This document shows, piece after piece, positions 38,973-48,794 of a stretch of 64,000 nt of DNA (position 1 is its first letter; each line of letters starts with the position of its first letter). A model generated the notes under the pieces. It saw only the letters and a list, made by a program, of their open reading frames with translations, was not told where the DNA came from and did not search any database. The stretch is from Pseudogymnoascus verrucosus (taxonomy: Eukaryota): assembly GCA_001662655.1 (NCBI GenBank), contig KV460221.1. One strand, given 5' to 3'. The position numbers and the translations under genes are program-made.

Positions 38973-39350
38973 ATTCTTTTGCTGTTCTCGGCGTTGGATG
39001 TGATGTTGTTGTCGGCCGATGTTGACGGTATGGTATTTTGGACGTTTTTTTTGATGTTAGGGTTCAGTATGTGTGGTGGGGGCCAGTGGGGGAAAGTGAT
39101 TCGCCGGCCGGCCGTTGTCCCCGATCGTTAGTGGTGCTTGAAGTAGCCAAGGGATTTGATTTGTGACTGTATGATGCAGTATTGTGCATACAGCTGTGTT
39201 CCCCGCAATCGGTGGACGGATGACCCGGGACATATATAAGATACGGTTTACCTGGACAAACATACATCTTGACCGGATGGTATCCTTATCTGCTCCCGAA
39301 GAATCCTACTGTTGCTATACTCCCTGAGACCCCCACCATTGCTAGAAACC

Positions 39351-40170
39351 ATGTCCTTCAACGCCTCCTCCATCGTCGCCAGCACAAAGCTGAGCGCTCT
39401 CCTCGAGAAACTCCACGCCCTCTCCTCAGCTCAGGAGAACTCGTACTCACAATCCTTCTTCTACCTCACCCGTCTAGGACGCTACCTTCTCTTCGGCGAA
39501 AGCTGGTCCGCCGGCGCCGACGACCACATGCGCGATAAATTCGTCGCCCTCGAGCCTGACAAGTGCCAGTTCGTGTACCTGCTCGCGCGGAGCATGGGCG
39601 CGCTCAATATCGTCGAGGCGGGGACGAGTTTTGGTGTGTCGACGATGTATCTGGCGCTGGCGGTGGGGCAGAATGTTGCGCAGGCTAGCGCGGGTGGAGG
39701 GGTTGCGACGAAGGGGAAGGTGATTGCGACGGAGAAGGAGTCGACGAAGGCCGAGAGGGCGAAGGAGTATTGGAAGGAGGCTGGGGAGGAGGTGGAGCCG
39801 TGGATTGAGCTCCGGGAGGGTGATTTGCTTGAGACTTTGAAGGTTGAGGAGGGAATGCCGGAGAAGATTGATTTGTTGTTGCTTGATAGTAGGCTACCGC
39901 TTCACTTAACGTCGTTACGGTATTTTATCATATTACTAACACTTGCAAATAGTATGGACGCCAATGGCCCTCCCAACCCTTAAGATCATCCAACCACGAC
40001 TGAGACGCGGAGCTGTTGTCATTGCGGACAACGTTGTGATGTCCAAGATTCTGTACAAGGAATTTCTCACTTATATTCGAAGTCCTGAGAATGGGTTCAA
40101 AACTATGACGGTGCCTTACAGTGGCGGCTTGGAAGTGTCTGTGTATTTGCCAGATGACCAATCTGAGTAA
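39351..40170 (+). CDS. SAM-dependent O-methyltransferase (class I)
   Basis: DKFVALEPDKC, VEAGTSFGVST, EGDLLETL, IDLLLLD/IWTPMALP and GAVVIADN motifs; one intron. Confidence 0.9.
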
Positions 40171-40507
40171 ATCGAGGCGGTGCATGCCTCCCAACGACAA
40201 TTTTATTTCCTAGTTAGCAACAACTATGTAACTGCAGAACAGATACTCCTTCATGAACCTTGATGTCGGATGTTTTATTGTGGTCCTATATTGTCAGCCT
40301 TGTGATCTACGCCGTTATGACTTCACAACCACACAGCCTTGCAGGCTTGGTATGAGCCTCAGGATTTCACAACCACAATTGGAAGGTATTGTATTCAAAA
40401 GGGCGCTGTGTGTTTGTAAGCTGTTTCTATAGCATAAATGAAGCCCAAGATCTCTATCTTTGTGTCAGTATCAATCAATATACTCAGTTGGCCTACAATT
40501 CACAAGC

Positions 40508-41090
40508 ATGTCTACACCATCTAAAGTCGCCGGCGGCTGTCTCTGCGGCGCCGTCAGATATGAAGTCAACTTCAAGCCTGACCACGACTTTAAAAGCAAT
40601 GTAAACCCCCCTCCACCCACCTATCACCCCCTCTAACACCCCCTCTAACACCCCCCAGGCCTTCATCTGCCTCTGCACCCAATGCCGCAAGCAATCCGGC
40701 GCCCTCGCCATGCACTTCTTCAACGTGACCCTCCCCTCCTTCACGTGGATCTCTCCCACCCCCTCCGCCCTCACCAACTACGAGATCATCCCCGGCAACC
40801 ACCGGCACTTCTGCCGCACGTGCGGCTCTTTCATCGCATGGCAGGGTGACAGTAATCTCTCGCCTGACGGGGAGGCGCAGCTGGAGGTCTGCGCGGGGAC
40901 ACTGGATGAGGAGTTTTTGGTTGGGAGGAAGGATGGGGATGGGGAGGTGGTGGGGGGGACGGGGTTTGGAGAGGTGTTGTGTCATCCCGAGGGAAATATT
41001 GGGTGGGCGCAGAATGAGGTTGGGAAGGTGACGGCGGGGTTGTGTGGGACGAGGTATAAGTATGGGACTGATGCTGGGATTAAGTGTTAG
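40508..41090 (+). CDS. GFA/Mss4-like (CENP-V) zinc-binding protein
   Basis: GGCLCGAVRY ... CLCTQCRKQSG ... RHFCRTCGS; one C-rich intron. Confidence 0.9.
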
Positions 41091-41435
41091 TATTAGGTTG
41101 GGGATGGTATTGGGGACGGCATTGGGAATGGCAGATTTATGCGTAGTGAAGGCTGAAATATGAAGCTTTGTCGATGAAGTTTTTTTATGTTGTTTGATCT
41201 GTATGCTGTTTGATCAAAAGAGTTCCCCACCTTTGGCTCCTTATCGTCGATCTCCAGCCGAGCGCATTGTGGGGGTTTGTTTCAGGGACACGGGCCTAAT
41301 CAACCCCGCGGTCAGCCTTGTCTTGTCGTTCAAAAATCGCCGACCCAGCCTGATGATATATTTCCAAATTTTGTCCAGCGGATAGCATCTAGAGATTGAA
41401 TGCATAATTTGGAGTCTCCCTGTGTTTTCTAAGCA

Positions 41436-43025
41436 ATGAAGTTACAACTTGTAGTCCCCTTGAAGCCCGGCGATGGCAGAAATAAAGGCGACAAGGGCGT
41501 CGAAGAGCTTAACGGCCAGCTGTGGCATGTATCAGAACCGCTCGATATCAAAGATGCTCGCAGCGTCAAGTTTCATTGCATTTCGTATGTATGGGGACAA
41601 GGCCGCGAGAGGCCGGGCAGCTTCTTCGACAATGAGATAAGTATCTCGGACAAGACCCGGCCAGCTCTAATAGCCGCCATTAGAGCTATCAAGGCAGCGG
41701 GTTTTGAAGCAGATGGCCCAATTGAAGAGGCGTTTTGGATTGATGCCCTCTGTGTGCCATATGCGGATGGTCCGGATCGATATGGAACTCTTGAAAGGTC
41801 AGTTTTTACCGATATCCGCTGCGAAAAGATGGATATACTGATCTTCCGAAGTATGGGGCACATCTACAGCGCCGCGGAATCGGTTATAATTATTATCCAA
41901 GATCCCGCCTGGAAGATCATCCTAGAAGCATCCTCGGGATCAACTCCTGATGCTCTTTCATACGATGATATGCAAGCGCTAGAGGGAGACAAATGGATCA
42001 CCAGCGTCTGGACATACCAAGAGCTCGTCAATGCTCGTAGCATCCATTTTGCGCCAATATACCCAGAAGGCTATGACTCCATCGTAAAAGGCGAAAGGTT
42101 CTTCAACTGCACAGGATATTCCTTAGACCAGTGGAAAAAGCGTAATGACAAGACAACTAGCGAATCACTTATCGAGTTTCCAACCCTCAACACGTTTGAG
42201 GATACTTTGGCGGATTTGGCAACCTCCGGGTACCTCGGCCGCTCAGTGTTCCAGGTCTTAGCAAATATGGCTTGCCGCACATACGACCCGTTTTTCCCAG
42301 CGAATAGGTTGCTGGCCTCTCTTGGCGCATTAACTCAAGAAGTGTCTTGGGGACCTCCAACTATGTCGTTGTCCGATCTATCTGAGAAAGTCATGGCCAC
42401 TTGTGAGGCGGACAATGACTACTCATTCATATACACAACCGACGAAAGAGACGAGACTCCCGGCTTGCAATGGCGCCCCGACCCGAAGCAAATCCAAACC
42501 GATCTGTCAAAACCAGTACACTTGATCCCACTTCTAAGCTGGAGCAGCTGGGGAGAACCATTCGGCGCGACTCAGACCGGGCACAAGGATGATGCAGGAT
42601 TCTGGCTTGATAATATGATTCGACTGCAGCCATCGGATGCTCCAGGCGAAGAAGTTGGGCGGTTCCTAGAAAACTGGCTGTACCGACCAAAGGATCTGAC
42701 CCAACCCGGGGCGGCTAGCAAGGGATTCTTCAAGCATACCGAGAGTGAGAAGCTCAGTTTTGACGAAGCAATGTTGAAGGCTTTGAAGCAGATGCGTTTT
42801 AGTGGTACTCAGGCACCCGTGATCTGCGAAGATGGCTTTTTCTTTTCATTAAAGCCCCTGGATGAGCGCCAAGACGTGGAGTTATTTGCTGCATCGAGCA
42901 TCAGATGGTTATTTGGCTCTCCTGGCTTAGTGAGGTGGAAAGAGGGAGACAAGACGAAATATTCGACGGGTGTCTTTACAGGGGTCGTGAGACATGATCA
43001 AGCTAAGGCGATACTGATAGTATGA
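41436..43025 (+). CDS. Heterokaryon incompatibility (HET) domain protein
   Basis: HET motifs CISYVWG, FWIDALCVP, MGHIYSAA and WITSVWTYQEL; probable stop-free 54-nt intron at ~41798-41851. Confidence 0.88.
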   Translation: MKLQLVVPLKPGDGRNKGDKGVEELNGQLWHVSEPLDIKDARSVKFHCISYVWGQGRERPGSFFDNEISISDKTRPALIAAIRAIKAAGFEADGPIEEAFWIDALCVPYADGPDRYGTLERSVFTDIRCEKMDILIFRSMGHIYSAAESVIIIIQDPAWKIILEASSGSTPDALSYDDMQALEGDKWITSVWTYQELVNARSIHFAPIYPEGYDSIVKGERFFNCTGYSLDQWKKRNDKTTSESLIEFPTLNTFEDTLADLATSGYLGRSVFQVLANMACRTYDPFFPANRLLASLGALTQEVSWGPPTMSLSDLSEKVMATCEADNDYSFIYTTDERDETPGLQWRPDPKQIQTDLSKPVHLIPLLSWSSWGEPFGATQTGHKDDAGFWLDNMIRLQPSDAPGEEVGRFLENWLYRPKDLTQPGAASKGFFKHTESEKLSFDEAMLKALKQMRFSGTQAPVICEDGFFFSLKPLDERQDVELFAASSIRWLFGSPGLVRWKEGDKTKYSTGVFTGVVRHDQAKAILIV

Positions 43026-43702
43026 ACCGAGTAGTGGTGTATAGAGAAGCATATCTTGTCAAATATTTTGCTCTAACAGCTGGTTTAGTATTAAGCTATC
43101 GCGGTGGGGTCAATGGCGCATCGGAAACTAAGTTCGGTGCGGCCCGCGGACTGCACTTGCCATAGGGTGGAGGACCACACTATTGAGACCCCTAGAATTG
43201 CAACTCGGGCATTACATTTCACTTCGGAGTTGTGAATACGACCATGATACATTTTAAGGCTACCTAATACGCTTCGCGGCTCTGCAAAATATAAACTAGA
43301 TGTGGCCTGCGCGGTAGCATGGATCCGGCGAACCAGCATACTTATGTGGTCCGTGGCGCGCTTTTCGCCAGCTTCCAAGGAGACTACCACCACGTAAGGG
43401 TACAAAGTCTAGATACTAAGCCAAACAGCTACTATCTTATCATGAATATCAAAGAATTGCCAGTCATGTCATTATTATTCTTGCCTAGTTGTACGTTACA
43501 GCGGTGCCTTGATTTTGGCATATCGAATGTTGATGTCATGATCATATTTTGATAACTCCGATGATCAGCTCAAAGATGACCTACCTTACTGGGAAAACTC
43601 CCAAATTTACTTCACTCAATAATATTTCAGCGTCCAATAAAATTGAATTCGAACCTGATTAAGTCGCGTCGGTAACAAGGAAACCATAAAGAAGCAGCGA
43701 AG

Positions 43703-44539
43703 ATGTCAGCACACGGAGGTAGCGGCGGCCAATTTGAGCCTGTCAAAGAAAAGCAAGCCCAGCCTCTCCCCGGGTTATTATATCTGAAATATTACTGGTA
43801 AAATAGACGGAGAGTGAGGCTAACGGAAGTATTCAGATCAGAGAGAGCTATGAAGCCGACAAGCGAATCGACTGCTCTCGAGGGCAGTGAGGGCTTTGTC
43901 GAATATGTCGGGTCTGGAAAGCTGAAGGACAAGAAAGTTCTCATTACCGGCGGAGAGTACGTTTGTTCATCCCTGGACTGAAACTCTATAATGACCATCA
44001 AACTGATGGGTCAATTTAGTTCCGGAATCGGTAGAGCAGTGGCTATCATATTTGGTCGCGAAGGTTCGCGTATTTTGTTACGGCGAACATCCTGCAGATG
44101 TTCGCCGTAACAAAATTCGCGCTTCCGCATATGAAAAAGGGATCCGCGTGCGTAATATGATTCCCTTAAACCATCCGTCCTGGCACTGACGCGCATATAT
44201 AGCATCATTAACACCACTTCGACTGTCGCATTCCGCGGAACCCCAGACATGGTCGATTACGCCGCCACGAAAGGTGCTATTGTCTCATTCACAAAAGCGC
44301 TCGCAAAGCACCTCATGCCCAAAGGCATTAGGGTTAATGCTGTAGCACCTGGACCTGTACATACACCGTTGCAGCCCGCATCACGGCCTGCGGAGCAGAT
44401 GGAAGGCTTTGGTAAGAAGTCTGGTATTGGCAGGCCAGGGTAGCCGAGCGAAATTGCGCCCAGTTTCGTGTTCTTGGGCGCGAAGGATAGTGAGCTTTTC
44501 TATGGCCAGGTTCTGCATGCGTATCCTATCGGAGACTGA
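43703..44539 (+). pseudogene. SDR (YdaD/general-stress oxidoreductase-like) pseudogene with internal deletion, frameshift and nonsense codon
   Basis: YVGSGKLKDKKVLITGGD/SGIGRAVAIIFGREG jumps, out of frame, to NILQMFAVTKFALPHM. Then DYAATKGAIVSFT, GIRVNAVAPGP and GRPG*PSE (TAG at 44441). Confidence 0.85.
44067..44121. repeat. 25-bp inverted repeat (1 mismatch) with 5-nt loop
   Basis: cgcgtattttgttacggcgaacatc-ctgca-gatgttcgccgtaacaaaattcgcg. Confidence 0.95.
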
Positions 44540-44873
44540 AGCATTGGTGGCGGAAGGGACATAAGGAGCATCATGTTGCGGTAGTTTTGAGATATGTTTG
44601 CCAAAGATGTATGCGCAGACATCTAAATAAATAGTTGATATGAGCTATCATCTGAGCCTGACTAAGAAAGGATTTATCACGGCTAAAGTTCGTGAAATAT
44701 ACTGTAAGAGTCGCGACGGGATTGTGTGATCGTGGCTGGTTCTGACGACATGACCCTTGTCTGCATGTGCTACAACCCAACATATCGACAGCCACAGAAG
44801 AAACGCCAACCTCCTCATCTTTATGATCTCACAAAAAAACATTTGGCCATCACCATATGCAATTATATGCAAC

Positions 44874-46024
44874 ATGGCGTCCATCAAAGTAAACCTCAAT
44901 TCTCCGGTGCCATATGTGAAACCAAATGAGACTTATCGGGGAAGTCATCCGCCGCGGCAACGGCTTCAGGTCCAACTCCGAATCGCGTCGGAGCCGGGAC
45001 AATCGAGGCTAATTAAAGCTCTGTCGAACGAGTTCATAAATTACATGGCGGATGAGAAGAATTCAGAGCCTTTCAGTGTTGCTTGGATTTCGAGTAACTC
45101 CGCTGCCTCGTTCGATCACTTGGCTTCGAGGAGCACCGAAGTCGCAATTACGCATCACGTGGCTGCGGAGGGTATAGCTATCAAACAAGGCGTCGTGGAG
45201 AAATCAGTACCTGCTTGGAGGGACCATTGGTTGCTTGTTGGTATGTTTATCATCATCCGTTGTCTGTTGGTGGTCGTAAAATATCCGAGTATGAGATTCC
45301 ATTCGGATAGTATTCTCACATAATGCAGGACCAAAGTCTGACCCGGCGGATCTATCTTCCAATAAGTCAGCATCAGTGCAAGACCAGTTCGCTCAAATAT
45401 TCCTCGCCGCTGCTGAGACAGCAGGGTCTGCTAAGCCTGTGAGGTTCTTGTCACGATTCGACAAGTCAGCAGCCAATGTCAGAGAGTCCAGCCTCTGGGC
45501 CGCCATAGGCCAGGTTCCTTGGGCTCATCCACATGCGAGTTGGTATCACCAGTACCAAGATTCTCCGCTTGGAGCTCTGGAAGCTGCGAGCACGCTGAGT
45601 CAATATACGCTAACGGAGCGTGGAACGTGGTTTGCGTTGAATGACGCGGCTAGAGACAAGTTGGAAATATTTGTGAGTTGCTCAACTTTACGTTTTTTAT
45701 TGGAGTGTTACCCTGGTCTCCTGGCTGCTATATTTTTCATATTAAAGGTGCAAGTAGCTGACCAAATCCCAGAGCGGAGGTGTTGGCACCGAGGATGAGC
45801 TCTTGTTGAACCCAGCACATGCGCTCGTTGGACGCCATGCCCAGAATAAAGAGATGGCAAATGAGTTTATTGCGTGGCTTATTAGCTACAGTGGTGGCCA
45901 GAGAGTTATTCGTGAGGCCGAAGCCGGGATAGAAAGGGGTCAACCAAAATCTCCCATGGCACGTTTTGCTGCGCCAATCACTCCACCTGCTACACCGCCA
46001 CAGCTTAAATGGAAGTATTTTTGA
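44874..46024 (+). CDS. Periplasmic-binding-protein-fold protein, TupA (tungstate-binding)-like
   Basis: WRDHWLLV/GPKSDPA, RFLSRFDKSAANVRE, YTLTERGTW, LLNPAHAL and ANEFIAWL motifs match the TupA-like pattern (GP.NDPA, SRGD.SGT, YTL.DRGT); two introns. Confidence 0.75.
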
Positions 46025-47540
46025 TAGCTATTTGTTGATAAAGAGCTAAAAATGTAAATATTTACGTACTGCTGTTATAAATGAACAATAAACAACATCC
46101 TGGTCTGTTTATTTGGCACCTGTATCTCATATGGTGCCATTTTTGAGCCAGCAGTAACCCTACTTCAGACCTGGCTGATTACTCACTTTACAGAGAATCG
46201 CAACCCCACAAGGGCCAAGAGTTTATTAGACATACCGGCCCGCCTCGCCAGCCCGTCCATGCACGTATATTTTTAATTTAGACGTCAAGAGATATCATAA
46301 TAGGAGCAACTTTAAACTCAATCTCTACATACAGAGCTAATTATCAAAGAATTAACTAGACGGTTTCAATAGCCTTGAACCTTTTACTTCATAATACCCT
46401 ATACCACAAAGGAAGACGTAGGTATTCCTATTGCAAGGTCTTTGGTACCACCAGCTTCGCCCCTGCTGCCAAATCCCTTGTTTTGTTTCCCGCAGCATGG
46501 GCAAGTTCTGTTAAGCCTCGCCAAGACCCAAGGGATTGACGCCCCGAGACCCCGCTCAGTAAGTAAATAGTCGCTTCTTATACTCCCCAGTTCCCCATTC
46601 TCATTGGCAGCACTGGTTATGACGCAGAGAAACGTATGCAAAGGAAAGACTTCAGAAAGTGATTACTATGTTCGCAATAACATCGTTGCAGGTGTATCGG
46701 TCCTGACTGAAACTTCATTAATATATTTGGGATTATAGTGTCCCTTTTTATACCATTATAGCCTCCTAGGTGTGCCAGAAGGAAGATATCAGCTGACAAG
46801 TTGCAAACGATGAATTGTAGAATAATGTCTGCCAAAATAACCCCAAGGTACCACTCGCGCCTATCTAAATATCAGATCAGTTGTTGTCGGACCGCGCCAC
46901 CATCGCCATTAACTTGGACAAAGCTGTCATAGGCATCACTGCCAATAGCACAAACCAAAGTTCCACAATTGCCACCTCCACATTGCCCCACAAACAATAC
47001 AATGTGGGGAAGTGGGAACAGCCTCATAGCGTGGAAAGTGGGGAAGCGAAGGGGAAACGAAGCGTGTTTGAGCTTCTAGAGCGCCGGCAAAATATAATTG
47101 TGTTTTAAACAGATCGTCTGGTCCCTATAATTTTCTGCCATAAAGTCCTGTTTCAGCCTGAGAACTAATTGAATTAACCACATTGAGAGCTATTTCCGCA
47201 TCCATACCGGAGCATTTCCCGCCGAATTTAGGCTCGCGGATAAGCTACTATAAGTGCCGCCGATCTAGCTGTATTGCAATATATAATTGCCTCTAACGCA
47301 AGGGCCGTGACAAGAATTTAATATATCTACTACGGCAGCGTGGGCGCTCTTTCCAAATCAACCAAATAGGAACAGAGAAGAAATGATCATGTGTACAAAT
47401 GTACAAGCATTTCGGCACCTCCAGCCGGTGGGGATGGGGAAGCTGGGGTAGCAAATCCAAGTTTATAAATACCCCGACATGCCCATTCTCTAAAAGTCTG
47501 CTTTTGTGCACAGTAGTCAAATTGACGGCATTAATTCACA

Positions 47541-48615
47541 ATGTTGTTCCGCCAAGTCGCTCTTGTCGCCTCGGCGATTCTCCCCCTGTCTTTTGCTCAA
47601 GTCTCCAACGACTTCGAGAGCGGATGGGATCAATCTGCATGGCCCATCTATGCGCCTGACTGTAACCAGGTATGCTCATCTCGCCATGTGCCCTTATATT
47701 TATTCTCGCAAAAATTGCTCTGTAGTATGCTAATTCGACAAATAGGGTGGTACAGTCGCTCTTGATAGCACCACTGCCCACAGCGGAAAAAACTCCATGA
47801 AGGTTACTAGTCCAGGTGGCTACTGTGGACATATTTTCTTTGGCACGACGAAAGTCCCTACTGGTGATCTCTACGTCAAGGTTTGGCTGTAAGTTATTAT
47901 GGTGGCATTCTCAATGCTCAGTAGGCAAACGTTAAAGGCAATTCTAACTTTATTCTCTTCCAGCAAAGCCACTAAAGCCCTTACCGCCAGCCACGTTTCC
48001 TTCATTACTATGTCTGACTCCTCCCAAGCTGCGGGCAAGCACCTTCGTATTGGCGGGCAAAATAGTATCCTGATGTACAACCGCGAGACAGACGATGCTA
48101 CTCTTCCCGACCTGTCCCCCCAAGGCACTGCGACTTCCAAGGCTCTTACCGCAGGCACCTGGGAATGCTTTGAATACCACATAGGTACCGACGGCAGCAT
48201 CGAGACCTGGTTGAATAGCCAAGCCATTGCTGGGCTTACTACTGCCAACAACCCCAACGCTAATGGCTGGGGTACCAGCAGCAGACCTAAGATTACAGCT
48301 GTCTATTTCGGCTGGGAGTCGTATGGTGGCGACACCAACACCTTCTGGTACGACGATATTGCAATCGGCTCTACTCGTGTTGGATGCGGTGGTTCATCCC
48401 CGACGTCTGTTCCAGCTTCGTCAGCACCAGGCTCGACAATGGTTACGAGTGTGAAGCCGACTTCGACCTCAAGCGCTCCTAGCGCGACCACAACGGCCGC
48501 GGCGACGGTGCCGCTGTATGGACAGTGCGGTGGAAATGGTTGGACTGGCGGAACCGTTTGCCTGAGCGGTACCTGCAAGTCGAATGGGGAGTGGTATAGC
48601 CAATGTGTGCCGTAA
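47541..48615 (+). CDS. cip1: Cellulose-induced protein Cip1 with C-terminal CBM1
   Basis: Signal peptide; [43 protein letters not shown] and [10 protein letters not shown] as recalled from Trichoderma Cip1; S/T linker; CBM1 [15 protein letters not shown]...YSQC. Confidence 0.93.
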
Positions 48616-48794
48616 AGGGGCAGCTAAGAGGTGAATGTTTGGATTGATGTACATAGTTGTGCAGTGGTGGATAGAATATCGGGATCTGTATATACTTTAT
48701 TTCGTGCAAATATTTGATTGGGCGGGATCTTGCTCTTTGTTTTTGATTGGGAGTGTCGATTCACGTTGCCGTGTCATGCTATGAGATGGTAACT

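Noticed and set aside
38823..39131. 102-aa ORF in the track
   Set aside because: Overlaps both tRNA genes; spurious.
40601..40658. caccccctctaa repeats resembling telomeric sequence
   Set aside because: Not CCCTAA arrays; it is a C-rich intron with a duplicated CTAAC branch-point segment.
39351..41090. O-methyltransferase next to a GFA protein as a methyl/formaldehyde module
   Set aside because: Only adjacency supports it; both families are common and functionally diverse.
46087..46140. Two adjacent 7-8 bp hairpins followed by Ts, terminator-like
   Set aside because: Eukaryotic 3' UTR; stems this short are expected by chance in AT-rich DNA.
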